Shown: piece after piece, positions 12,337 through 24,846 of the stretch
Layout: the number at the start of each line of letters is the position of its first letter
Numbering within the stretch: position 1 is the first letter of the stretch
DNA from: Chlorokybus atmophyticus
Taxonomy: Eukaryota; Plantae; Mesostigma and Chlorokybus algae
Length of the DNA stretch: 40,483 bases
NCBI GenBank assembly: GCA_009103225.1
Contig: RHPI01002888.1
Span: 297,916-338,398, forward strand
Direction: 5' to 3'
Translations under genes and position numbers: made by a program
Notes under the pieces: generated by a model
Databases searched by the model: none
Told to the model about the DNA's origin: nothing
Seen by the model: only the letters and a program-made list of their open reading frames with translations

Positions 12337-12960
12337 TGTAACAGCCTGGAGCATTTCCTGTATCTTATTGTACATAAAGCACTTGCTTTGCCTTTTTTGC
12401 TGGCTTAATGAAGGCTTTTGTAAAGCTTTATTGGGCCCTTTTTATGCCGGCTCGGCTGCAGCGCGCAACTGCGCCCGCGGCCTACCCAATAGCAGCTGCC
12501 TATCAGCGGCGTGACCTATTGCCAGGCAGCAGTGATGTCGTTGCTGAGTGAACCTGCGCTGTGCAGTGCCAGGTGACGCGGACTGCACAATGCGCCAACC
12601 CGACGCGAGTGGCAGCAGCCTGCGCTTGAACTCGTCCCTTAAATTTAATAGTGAATATATATTGCCTGTAAATTAAGCTATTTCCTTGTGCTTGCATAAT
12701 AGGCAAAACCCCTGTGTAATACCAACTTTAGCTTGCTGCTCTCTACTACTGTGAGTATGCTGGTGTATGCTTAAGAGAGGCGTAATTCAAGGCACACTGT
12801 TGCGTTCTTGCTTGGCGTGGGAAGTAGTCTTCGTTTTCGTGTGCGTGCTCGATGCGTGCGTGCGTGCTCGGGAGGAGGCAAGGTTTTAGTGTGAAGATTG
12901 TGCTCAGCTGCACACATGTGTTGTATGAGTGCTGTGTATGCGAGCACAAGCATCGTTATA
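12337..12960 (+). repeat. 5' LTR of decayed chromovirus
   Basis: Aligns with 17346-18000 and is followed by a PBS. Confidence 0.9.
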
Positions 12961-13837
12961 ATGGTATCGAAACCCTTGAAAGGGTTGGGTTTCTTGTTTT
13001 AAGGGAATTTTAACTATAACTTTGGTGTGTGAGGTAATTTTCTGTTTATGAACGCTACCATGGATGATGCAAGTGTTGTGGAGCTTCAGCAAGTGCTGGT
13101 GGCTGCTCATGAGGAGCTGCACCGTGTTCAAGCATCTGCGCAAGCTCAAGCGGCACAATTTTTAGAAATCTTTGAGCAAGAGCGCGCGGCTATGCCTATC
13201 GCTGCACCTGTGGCTCTTCCACCAGCCTCTCGTCATGTGAAAGTGCCAAAACGGAAGCCACTCAAGGGGCAGAGGGATGGTGACTGCGTAAAGGAGTGGG
13301 TGTTTGCTGTCTCTTTATGGTTGAAGCTCACCAAGGTACCCGTACATCTCCATGTCGATGTGGCTGCTACTTTCTTTCAAGGAGCTCTCCTTGCGCTGCG
13401 CTTGTGTGGTAGCGTCATCGTTGTGCTCGTGTGGCAGCTGGTCTTGAGGTTCTCTTTGTCACCGTGGCTGAGCTGGCCGCTGAGGTGAACAAACAGTTCG
13501 TACCGGTGCAAAGCATGAAGACGGCACGCAATCAGCTCTCTAAACTTGTGCAAACGCAGTCCATGATGGCCTACACATCTGCATTTCAGCGTCTTGCGCT
13601 CTCCATACCCAACATGACTGAGGAGGAGCAGCTGGACCGCTACACGCGCGGTTGAAGACTTTTTGTTGAAAGGAAGTTGAGCTGTGTTGAGAACGCCAAG
13701 TCTCTTGCAGAGGCCATTCGCATCGCCGAGCGTACGGACGTGTTGTATTTCAAGGATACTGTCAAAGACGTTGATTGTGAGCGCTTCACTCAGTCACAAG
13801 GAGGTTCGTATCGCTCATACCCCCCCCCCCCCCCCCC

Positions 13838-14158
13838 NNNNNNNNNNNNNNNNNNNNNNNNNNNNNNNNNNNNNNNNNNNNNNNNNNNNNNNNNNNNNNN
13901 NNNNNNNNNNNNNNNNNNNNNNNNNNNNNNNNNNNNNNNNNNNNNNNNNNNNNNNNNNNNNNNNNNNNNNNNNNNNNNNNNNNNNNNNNNNNNNNNNNNN
14001 NNNNNNNNNNNNNNNNNNNNNNNNNNNNNNNNNNNNNNNNNNNNNNNNNNNNNNNNNNNNNNNNNNNNNNNNNNNNNNNNNNNNNNNNNNNNNNNNNNNN
14101 NNNNNNNNNNNNNNNNNNNNNNNNNNNNNNNNNNNNNNNNNNNNNNNNNNNNNNNNNN
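13838..14158. other. Assembly gap (N run) flanked by poly-C, inside gag
   Basis: 321 N with C homopolymers on both sides. Confidence 0.99.
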
Positions 14159-17146
14159 CCCCCCCCCCCCCCCCCCCGGAACTGGTTCAGGAAATGCACC
14201 ATTGGAGTTGGGTGTTCTTCATGTTTTGAAGGATGGGTGTGAAGGGTTGGGAAGATGCCAAGGCAGTTTGGAAGTGTTGGGAGTGCTCTTTTACTGAACA
14301 TCTGCGCTCCACCTGCCCCATCTTCAAGGCAAAGTCGGCTGCACATGCACGCAACGCGCGCGGTGGTGGACGTGTGAATACGGTGGAGGAGGAGATGTTG
14401 CAGTCGGGAAATGGCTCACCTCAGTAGTTAAGGCTGCTGCTGGGGTCAAGACGGAGCCTCATTTTTATATTAACAATTCAGAACCTTTCGTGTATGCGCC
14501 GATGACTGTTGGCGGCATGTGCGGCGCAACTAGGACGCGGAACGGTGTGGTTCGTGTGCCCTGAGGCGAGGCAGTTGCTGACAGTCATGGCCATGGTTCA
14601 GGAGGGTGATGAGCCTTGGGTGGAATGCAAATTGCTACTCGATAGCGGCGCGAACAGCAACTTCATGAATTGGGAGGTTGCGCGTCGACACAAGTGGCTC
14701 TTGTGGATGAATGCCGGCTCCGTGACTCTTGCAGACGGCCGTGCACCGGAGCTACAAAGCTGCACAAAGAGCTTGAAGTCCACGTGGGGATAATGGAGGA
14801 TAGCCTACGGTTTTGCTGCATCGAGCTCGGCAACGGCTTTGGGGCTACCTTGGTTTTAGACATCATGTGTATGATATATATGTATATGATATAACCCCGC
14901 CATTGATTGAAGGAAGCGCCTATTTGCTGCCGCGGAAGGTGGTGGTATGGCTATGACTTGCTTGGATGCTTTTTCCCGTTGTGTTTAGTTCAAGAGCATG
15001 TGAGCTGCGTCGCAGCTGCCAGTAATGCACCAAATGCGCGTGAGGTGCATGGCGTGAAAGCGTTTCAGCAAGATGCACAACAACATGCTTCTAGCTTGAG
15101 AGGGAGGGCTCCGGAGCTGGTGTCACAAGTTTCTGAGGCTGAGATGGAGCAGATCTGGTCCGGAAATGACGTGAAGGATGCATGGTTGTGTTTGGGGCGT
15201 GACACACCGTCAAAGTCAGATCCGAAGCTGGTTGGCACTGGTGTGGAGGAACCGAGGAACCGTTTGGAAGACCCTGAAGTGCAGAAGTTGCTTGAGGAGT
15301 TTAAAAACATCATGGTGGACGGTTTACCATCTGGTTTGCCACCCGCGCGCAGCGTTGATCACCATGTTGAGCTCGTTAAGGGCTTCACAAGCCGCCTTGC
15401 ACAAGCCGCTGTACAGACCGGTGTACAAGTTGTCTCCGGCTGAGCTCGAGGAGGCGGAGCGACAAGTTGGGGACCCGCTGCAATGTGGATACATTAAGCC
15501 TAGCAAGTCTCCTTATGGTGCACCTATCTTGTTTGTGCGCAAGACAGGAGCCTTGCGCATGTGCGTTAAGTACCGGCCGCGCAACAACATCACGAAAAAG
15601 AATGTCTTTCCTTTGCCTCGCATTGATGTTATTGGAGCAGCTTGAAGGTGCTGAGTTCTTCACAAGCTTGGACCTAGCTGGCGGCTACCATCAGATCCGC
15701 GTAGCACCCGAGGACATCGAAGAAAAGAAAACGGCATTTATTGCTCGCTATGGCCATTTCGAGTGGTTGGTGATGTCGTTCAGAATGACCAACGCTCCAG
15801 CAACCTTTTAAGCCTGGATGACCGGTGTCTTTGCTGACCTGATTGGCATGGGTGTCCTTAAATACCTCAATGACATTCTCGTGTACACAAAGAGCAAGAG
15901 CGTGCACATGGCGTTGCTATGTGAGGTGATGCAGCGTCTACGTGCAAACAAGTTGTTCGCTTAGAGCATTAAGTGCCGTTTCTTGTTGCAAAAGGTACAG
16001 TACCTCTTGCAGCTTGTCTCCAAGAAAGGGATCAAGGCGGACCCTAACAAGATTGCAGCGGTGCGCGATTGAACTACCCCGAAGAACGTGAAGGATGTCA
16101 TGTCATTCCTAGGGCTGGCTGGCTATCATCGCAAGTTTGTGAGAGGCTTCTTGCACTTGGCATCACTATTGACGGCATTGTTGGAGAAGGGGGTGAGCTG
16201 GTCAGAGGCTGCAATAAAGGCGTTTTTTAATTTGAAAGCGGCCTTAACATCAGCACCCATGCTGGTGCATCCCAACATGCAATTGCCCTTTGTGGTGGCG
16301 TGTGACGCTTTTGATAAGGCCATCGAAACTGTTTTGCAGCAAGATCACGGCAACGGCTTGCAACCGGTGGCATTTTTCAGCAAGAAGTTGAGTGGAGCCG
16401 AGCTCAACTATTCCGTTCATGAGAAGGAATTGCTGGCGCAAGTGCTGTCGCTACGACAATGGCGTTGTTTGCTTGAGGCCAAGCGCTTCACACTTGAAAC
16501 GGACCACTTGCCATTGAGATTCCTTCAAACGCATCCTCATCTCTTACGACGGCAAGCTTGTTGGCTTGAGCTCTTCCAACTCCTCGACTTCGTCAAGTAC
16601 AAGCCTGGCTATTCGAACAAGGTTGCATTTGGGAAGACATGCTAGAGCTCATTGAGTTCACCATCAACAACCACAAGAGTGCAAGCACGGGCGTAACACC
16701 TTTTCTCATGAACTATGGGCAACATCCGTTGACGCCGTTCACGGCATGGGCGCCTAGCATGCAATGTTTAGATGTAGAGGCTGTGGATGGCTTTGTTGAG
16801 AAGTGTGCGGACATCAGCAAGGCAGCTCGTGAGGCTCTAATTGTGGCACACAATAGGAAAAAGCAATACGCCAATACGCATCGCAAGCATGTTGTCTCTT
16901 TGGAGGGTAATTGTGTGATGCTTATTACAAAGCATGTGCAACCGGTCGCAAGTGTGCGCAAGCTGAGTGAGCGACAGTTGAGGCCTTTTTGCAATGATAA
17001 AGGTCATTTCGGAGGTAGCCTACAAGCTGGAGCTGCCCGATACCATGCACGTGCACCCCGTTTTTCATGTCTCGCTCCTTAAAGCTTACAAGGGGGAGCT
17101 GCCACCTCGTCCGCCTCCGGTTGTAGTTTAAGAGGGCCAATCTGAG

Positions 17147-17298
17147 TGGGAGGTGGAGGCAATCATAAAGGACAAGCTGATGGGAGGTGTGCGCAAGTAC
17201 TTGGTGAAGTGGCACGGCTATACGATGCACGAGGTGACGTACGAACCCAAGATTAGCTTCACCAATGCTAAACACATTCTGCAGGAGTACAAGGCAAG
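17147..17298 (+). pseudogene. Chromodomain at C-terminus of decayed pol
   Basis: WEVEAIIKDKLMGGVRKYLVKWHGYTMHEVTYEP matches the chromodomain pattern (EVE.I...YLVKW.GY...TWEP). Confidence 0.88.
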
Positions 17299-17345
17299 AG
17301 GAGGCACCCGTCAGCTTCGAGGACGAAGCTCCAGGGGGGAAGGGG

Positions 17346-18000
17346 TGTAACAGCCTGGAGCATTTCCTGTATTTTATTGTACATACAGCACTTGCTTTGC
17401 GCTTGCTGGCTTAATGAAGGCTTTCGTAAAGATTTATGAGGCCCTGTTTGCGCCGGCTCGGCTGCAGCGCGCGACTGCGCCTGCGACCTACCCAGTATCA
17501 GCTGCCTGCTGGCGACGTGACCTATTGCCAGGCAGCAGTGACGTCGTTGCTTGACTTGACCCGCGCTGTGCAAAGCCAGGTGACGCGGACTGCACATTCA
17601 GATGCCGGCGTGTGACGCGGATTGCACAATGCGCCGACGCGAGTGGCAGCAGCCTGCGCTTGGACTCGTCCCTTGAATTTGATAGTGAATATATTACCTG
17701 TAATTTAGGCTGCTATTTCCTAGTGCTTGTATTATAGGGTAAACCCCTGTGTAAGACCAAATTTAGCTTTCTGCTCTCCACTGTGAGTATGCTGGTGTAT
17801 GCTTGAGAGAGGCGTGATCCAAGACACACTGCTGCGATCTTGCTTGGCGTGGGAAGTAGTAGTGTTCGTGTCCGTGTGCGTGCTCGATGCGTGCGTGCGT
17901 GCGCGGGAGAAGGCAAGGTTCTGGTGTAAAGACTGTGCTCAGCTTCACACATGTGTTGTATGACTTGTGCGCTGCGTATGTGAGCACGAGCATCGTTACA
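17346..18000 (+). repeat. 3' LTR of decayed chromovirus
   Basis: Preceded by polypurine tract AGGGGGGAAGGGG, ends CGTTACA, and is followed by the TSD. Confidence 0.9.
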
Positions 18001-19126
18001 CCAAGGCTCCCAAGCTCAAGGACTGACTGTACGAGCAGACCACTTAGGTATATCATAACTCTCATACAATCATGTTGTCAACATAGCAGCCTGAAGGTAA
18101 ATCATGCCTTGCCTGTTAGGCGTGACACATATGACATGCGAGGTTTAGATTTCTTGGTCCATGTGCTATGTTTGGAATATTATTTCTATCTTGCGTGTCA
18201 GCTGTCGTAAATATGGCAATGAGCACGTCTTACGCCAGTCAGCCTTTGGGGCATGTGCTCAACCATGTAGTAAGTTGTCTCTTAATCCCAAATGTAAAAG
18301 GCTGAAAGCGTGAACCAGCCGCCGCAGCCGGTTAGCCTTAGCAGCAAGCAAAGCCCCTCACCGCCATGGACATTCAGTAGTGCATTCGCGTGCTGATCAT
18401 CATGCAAGCTGCCAACAGCACAACACTCACAATGTTACCATTAACTTTGTTCCACGTAATGTAATGTACTGGCGGAGCAGTTATTATTATAAAGACGTAA
18501 GATCTTTATTGGTATGATTGTTCTAATTTACCACATAAAGATTATAAAAGCTAGTTTCAGAACAATAGCGGTTGCAGATTATAGACAAAAGTGAAATTGG
18601 GGCTTGGGATAAGGCAAGGTAATCAGTTGGAGAACAATTTGCAACAATGATGATAAAATCTTTAATGATAAGCACTACGATGCCTGGTAAATCGCAGCGC
18701 GTGTTTCCCTTGTTTCCCCCACCAAAAACTGTCCAAAAATATTGCAACAAGGAAAGCTTATCATTAAAACTTATTTGTATGCTATCGAAACTTGTCAGTT
18801 GACCTTTATGTGTTGATAATGTAAAGTATATGAGGCATTAACACTGTAACTTACAACATGCATGCCTCATTATCAACGTGTGCTCATTATTATCAAGATG
18901 TTACATATATACCTGAATAATCATTACAAAGGATAATTTAACATGCTAATTCTACAAACCATAGATTTCGTGTCTCATAACCAATGGACTTATAATTTGT
19001 TTATTAACACATATGTGCTGTGTATCAATTGAGCATTACAATGTATACGATAGCCGGGGAATTCGTTATCATGTTATCATAAGTATATCGTATAAGATTA
19101 AAACGTATTGAATTGTACATATATAT

Positions 19127-19131
<5 letters not shown>

Positions 19132-19197
<66 letters not shown>
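19132..19197 (+). repeat. (GT)n microsatellite
   Basis: Perfect GT run. Confidence 0.97.
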
Positions 19198-19198
<1 letters not shown>

Positions 19199-19449
19199 TA
19201 TATACATTCAATTGGTATACATTATTATTTATATATATACACACATTATGCATTTTCATATGACATAAGGCATCATGTTGCTTGATGTCCATGTTAAAAT
19301 GATGATTGACCACTTTGTGTTGCGGCCTGCATTGCCATATGCTGTTATGGGACGTACATGGGATATGTGGCTCTTCGCGTAGTATGCTAAACATTCAGTA
19401 CAAATACAAAGCACAAAACTTTTACTTTGACTTCCAAAGTCTTAAGGAG

Positions 19450-19483
19450 TCTCCAATCATTATAAGCTTATAATGATTGGAGA
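19450..19483. repeat. 34-bp perfect palindrome
   Basis: TCTCCAATCATTATAAGCTTATAATGATTGGAGA equals its own reverse complement. Confidence 0.96.
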
Positions 19484-20353
19484 TCTTCTTGAGGTTTAAC
19501 AATATGATACTGTCATACCTTATCACCAATGAAAAAAATTGCTTTTCGAGCATAAGAACTTGTTGAAGCCACTACAATTACTTAAAACAAATACACGTTG
19601 CTTGTACAAGCAACGTGGCTAGACAAGTTAATAGAAGCAAAAAGTAGAGCGCAATGTGTATGTTGATAAAAACAGCATGAATTTGTATGTGTTGCTGTCA
19701 GGGTGCTTAACACAAGATCTATGTTAATGGTGGTGTTTTATGACATCTATAATGTACTTGGTTTTGTATAGGGCAAGACTTGATCACGGATCATGGAAAT
19801 AATGCATGCAATATAACTTGCGTAATTATGTCAACTTGACAAGTACATATAGGCTTCCCCAATCCAACAACTCCGGATAAAATTACCCCGTAAAAGTTGT
19901 TACTTGCAAAAGACCAACCATTAAACAAATTAAAGTTGTTAACCAAGAAAATGTTTTTGTACAAATCAAAGGCTTGAAATGTGAGGTTAGTCGAACAACA
20001 GGGGCATGCCAAGTTAATAACATATTATGTTTCTCTAAAATATATATAACGGAGTTTATGTAGAATATTGCAGCTTATATACAATATGAGTGTTTACCAC
20101 GCAAGCAAGGGATCACATGGCTTGATATACGCATTACAAGCTAAGACTCTTAATCACGACATAACTACTCTTTTGGACGCTGCAAAAGCCTTTGCGAAAG
20201 AGTGGTACTTAAAGCACTATTCTCATAAGCAATAAGGGAATCCTGTATTCCCTGTTGATGGGGGCCCAAGTAGTACAGTGAAAAGCAACCGGGTACATGT
20301 GACTTCCATAATGTCAGAAGGTTGTACTTGGTACATAGTACGCCAACATCGAC

Positions 20354-20723
20354 AAGTGCATACCATTGGGAACGCGCATATGTATGTATGCACTTATCGC
20401 ATTCATGCATATTCGATAAATGCATAAACTATGCATTTATCCAATTTACGCGCATATAGTATGCACTTAAGCTTGGCATAAGTGCATGATCTATGCATTT
20501 ATTGAGTGACCCTGATCTTGAGGTACGTGACTACATGTACAATCGTAATCAAGATACATATAAGTCATAGTGTATCTGTCACCTAAGTGTAATCCATTTT
20601 GACAAGTGCATAGACGCATTCAAGGGTATGCTCTTAACGCACAGGTGTTAGCCCTGACGACGTCGGTGACGGCCAAATGGATGAACCAAACGCGGATATG
20701 CACTTATCGGATATGCATTTATC
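20354..20723. repeat. Dispersed array of ~10 TATGCAYTTAT(C) motifs in both orientations
   Basis: Copies at about 20354, 20387, 20415, 20430, 20460, 20478, 20492, 20604, 20697 and 20712. These include inverted pairs and a tandem 15-bp repeat at 20694-20723. Confidence 0.85.
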
Positions 20724-20913
20724 GAGGTTAGACTGTCCACTTGTAAGCGTCCTGCGTCCGCCCAGCCGCGTAGTTGTCCGCCTTCAGTTGCTTCACGGCA
20801 CAGCTTCTGTGACAATGCTGTTGGATACAAGCATTGTGCACTCAGTGTCCACACGCACGGCCTGAGGCCGAAGCCACTCGGAGATCAAGCTCGATTCTGA
20901 CTTGGGCGGCGTC

Positions 20914-23696
20914 ATGGACCTCATGCAGCTTCTGTACGGCCTGGTCCTCCTCGCCGCCGCCTCCTGGCTGCTGCTACTGCGCAAGAGCAATGCTACCTCC
21001 TCATCTAAGCTGCCGCCACCACCTGGCCCACCCGGCATCCCTGTCCTGGGCCATCTCCACCTGGTCAGCACCATAGCTGTGGTCCCTGTCCCTGTCATGC
21101 ATGGCCATGATGTTCACACTGTCCTTCTTGTCCTCCTCCTCCTCCTTCTCAGTTGGGGAAGGCGCCGCACAGAGTGGTGGAGGGGTGGGTTAAGAAGTAC
21201 GGCCCCCTGGTGCAGCTGAGGTTCGGTTCCATCCCTGTGGTGGTGGTGGCCGATCCCGCCGCCGTGGAGGAGGTCTTCGCCAAGCATGCCGCCGCCTCCA
21301 ACACAAGACCAAGACCACTGCCTGCCGCAATCGTACGTAGGGCTTTAAGACTTGTGTTTTCAATCAAGTCCTTTTCTGCCTTTTAGTGCATAACATAATA
21401 CATCAAACGTCAACACATCAGGATTTGGTAGAACATGGTGGGCAGAATGTTGGGATGGCTGAGTATGGCGAGTATTGGAAGCAGCTGCGTCGCATCATCC
21501 ACATGCACTTCCTATCCAAGAAGCAGACTCAGCAGTCTGAGGAGCGCATCAAGACAGAAGCGCAGCTACTCCTGCAGCGGGTCGCCAAGGTGAGTGTGTG
21601 GGTGTAGGTGTAGGTGTGGATGCTGGCGTGGACGTGTCTTGTCAATTACTGCATTATGTGCGCGTGGGCATGCGGGCGCGGGCGCATGTGCATGTGTGTG
21701 TGTGAAAGAGAGTGGGCACAAGTGCATGTGCGCGAGTGAAAAGTGATGTGCATGTGCATGTGTGTATGTCAAAGTGAGTGCACGCACACGCGCGTGCGTC
21801 AGTCAGAGAGAGTGCAAGTCATGTTGTTCTCTTCTGTGAGCAGCATGCGCAAAGAGGGGAGTTGATTGATCCGTCGCTTGAGTGCTCGCTGCTGACATCA
21901 AATGTGATATGGTCTTTCTTGTTCGGCAAGAGGTGCGTGGCGTGCATGAGACAAAAGCAAAAAAAAGACAACAACACAACTTTACTGTCCCCACAACCAC
22001 AATCATGCTGATACATCGTTGCTGCAGGCATGAAAGAAGTGACAAGGAGTTTCTGGAATTAACAAGCAGCATTGATCACCTGTTTGACGCCATGGCAGCT
22101 GGCACAGGTAACATGACTGCTGTAGAGTATATTATGCTACTACTATTCTCTCTGAAGCACTTATTAATGCTGATGATATTGCATCGGTACAGGTTTGGCG
22201 GACTATATCCCATGGCTGGCTCTTCTTCCCAACAAGAAGTTGCGAGACTTGGTCCCTTGGAAGAACAAATTCGAACAGGTCAGAACCTTACCTGTTCCAA
22301 TGGGTGACAATGCTTTGTTATTGCATACAGCACTTCATCATGTTGAACTACATGTAACTCGTCTGTGCGTGCATGTGTGCATGCGCAGATTTTATATAAC
22401 AACATCGCCCTCGTAAAGAAGGGATATACCAAAGGCAGTCCGGTGACCAACTTGATGGAGCACTTGATCAACGTGCAGGTGAGTATGTGATCTCATGGTG
22501 TAAACTATGTCCATCCCAACATTGGCAATGATTTGGGTAACCGTCTTGATGCAGGATGAGGAGAAGTTAACAGATTTGCAAGTAATGCTCCTCGGCAGCG
22601 ACATGATCACGGCGGGGACGGAGACGACAAGCACGGCACTGCGATTTGCACTGCCGCTTCTGGCTAGCTATCCTGAAACGCAGCGAGCTCTGCAGGTGAG
22701 CGGTGTTACATGTTAGAAGCATTGACATACTGGCAGTCATACCCGCATACGCATGCGTGTGTGCGTGCGATGCGCACGCACGCTTTGACAGACAGGCACG
22801 CACACGTGCATGCACAGTTATCTGCAATGATGTTGTTGGCTATTTCCAGGAGGAGATTGAGAAGGTTGTCGGGCGCAACCGTCTCCCAATCGTCGACGAC
22901 TTCAACAAGATGCCTCTGCTTCATTCCTTTATCAAAGAGTCCCTGCGCTACAAAGTAAGTATCAGGCTACCAACACTCCCACAAAACTGGACTCACAACT
23001 CCCTGCGCAGCCCATTCATGCCTACGGCCTCCCACACGCCACGAGCAAAGACTTGGAGATGATGGGTCATTCCATCAAGAAGGGCACGCAGCTGCTGTTG
23101 GACAATTGGACTCTCATGAGAAGCGACAAGTACTGGGACGAGCCCGAGAAGTTCAAGCCGGAGCGCTTTGTGGCTGATGGACCTCAGGTGAACAAGCGTT
23201 ACTGTGTCTATGTGTGCACGCGCATGTGTGTGTGTGTATGCGTGTGTGCTTGTACTTGTGCGTGTCTGCGTGCGTGCATATACATACACACACGCGCACA
23301 CGCATTGATTTCATCTTCATCAGTTGCGTTGGGTGTATGTGTGTACACGCGAGCATGCTTGCGCTAGTGAGGGCGAGTGCGTGCTTGTAGGCATGCAGAT
23401 TTGTGCACGCGCACACGTGCAAATCTCTCACTCCTCACCACTTCTTTCTCTTGCAGTTCAAAGCGTTGAACCCCGCCTTCATTCCCTGGAGCACGGGCCG
23501 CCGCATCTGCCCCGGCATGCTGCTGTCGCAGAACGAGCTTCTCATCACGCTGAGTTACGTGCTACACTGCTTTGACGTCGCCACGCCGAACGGGAAACCC
23601 AGCGTGCCCAATGAACACTACGGCCTCACGCTCATGCCGGAACCGTATGAACTGAAGTTTGCTATCCGGCCGGGAGCTGAGCAATTGTTTGCATGA
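20914..23696 (+). CDS. Cytochrome P450 (clan-71-like), paralog B; 11 exons, ~501 aa
   Basis: Exons 20914-21063, 21153-21332, 21422-21589, 21844-21932, 22028-22107, 22193-22278, 22389-22478, 22555-22695, 22850-22954, 23011-23187 and 23457-23696. Intron positions and phases match paralog A. Motifs: PPPPGPPG, WKQLRR, AGTETT, ESLR, KPERF, PWSTGRRICPG. Confidence 0.93.
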
Positions 23697-24049
23697 AGTG
23701 TGTGCGTATATATCTCATGTAAAGTATCATTAGGGTTTGTGTATGTATATGTTGGGGTAACTGGCAGGCAAAAATTGCTAGGAGAAGCTGTATAGACAAG
23801 TGTCGGGGTTGGCTCACTACTCAGGGGATGTTTTCATTGGCTTGAGAGCATCTTTGGCATGTACTGTTGGGGTGCATGACTGGATACCAGAGTTACTGAA
23901 CTGTGCAACGTTTGTTTAGCGATCATTGCCTTGATTCACGCATGCTTTTGAGGCCGAGTAAACGGACACTATTCCTACGCACTTTGTGCCACGGGATGCA
24001 CAATAGGCCACCGTGGCAACCATGCTTATTTGATAGCTTATCAGATACA

Positions 24050-24740
24050 TGGATTGGCAGCGGTTGAAGTAGCCCACCTGGCTTTTGGTTACTGGCCTTC
24101 ACTCTCTTTGACTCTTTGACAAATGTCGCACAAGGCTACGTAGTTGCGCACGTTGCTATGCATCTCTCGCCAATAACAACGATGCTTCAAGCTTGCCAAT
24201 GTCCTCTCTAGCCCTTGGTGTCTAGCAATGGGGACATCATGCGCTTCCTTCATCGAGTGTACCCTCATATGTTGGATGATATGGATGTACATGCGCCCGT
24301 GGTGCAAAAGAAGTCCGTCCTTCAATGCCCAGTGATCGCTTGCATTCGGACCCTTTTCGTTTAACTCTTGCATCTTGCTTCTTCCTTCCACATCTTCATG
24401 TAACACGTCTTGTATCTGGTCTACCCACTCAGGCTGCACTTGCGCGAGGACCTCCATCGCATTCACTCGACTCATGCTTCGACCACACTATTGGACGTAC
24501 CGGGCTTGTACTCGATGTCAAAGTTGAAAAGCTGAAAGAACTCCAACCATCGTGCTTGTCTCTGACATAAATGAGGCTGTGTTTGTAAGTACCTCAGTGG
24601 AGAATGATCCGTCTCAAGCACGAACTTCTTGTCTTCTAGGAAACAACGCCATTGTCGTAATGTCATTACTTGCGCCAAGAGCTCCTTCTCGTGCACGGGG
24701 TAGTTCAGCTCCGCATCACTCATTTTCTTGTTAAACAGAC
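24050..24740 (-). mobile_element. Chromovirus pol relic (RNase H C-terminus to integrase zinc finger)
   Basis: ELNYPVHEKELLAQV...ETDHSPL...HQGLERTLASLKHRCYWREMH...CDICQR closely parallels about 39270-39940 of the intact plus-strand element, and is frameshifted. Confidence 0.9.
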
Positions 24741-24846
24741 TGTGTCGTAGTGCACACAGTCAACAAGCCACCCCCCCTGAGATTCTGGGGTAGCCCTCTG
24801 CTCCAGAACTCAGTTCCTACCGACTGTGTGGGGGACCGTTGATGCG

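Larger units (their letters stand above)
12337..18000 (+). mobile_element. Full-length but decayed Ty3/Gypsy chromovirus
   Basis: LTRs 12337-12960 and 17346-18000 (TGTAACA...CGTTAYA), 5-bp TSD CCAAG (12332-12336 / 18001-18005), PBS TGGTATCG at 12962, and PPT before 17346. gag, protease (LLDSGA), RT (YLDD decayed to YLND), RNase H and chromodomain are broken by stops and frameshifts. The integrase core is deleted near 16627. Confidence 0.93.

Noticed and set aside
18480-20340. Calling the AT-rich island an endogenous giant virus
   Set aside because: No recognisable viral gene; it is kept only as an unexplained island.
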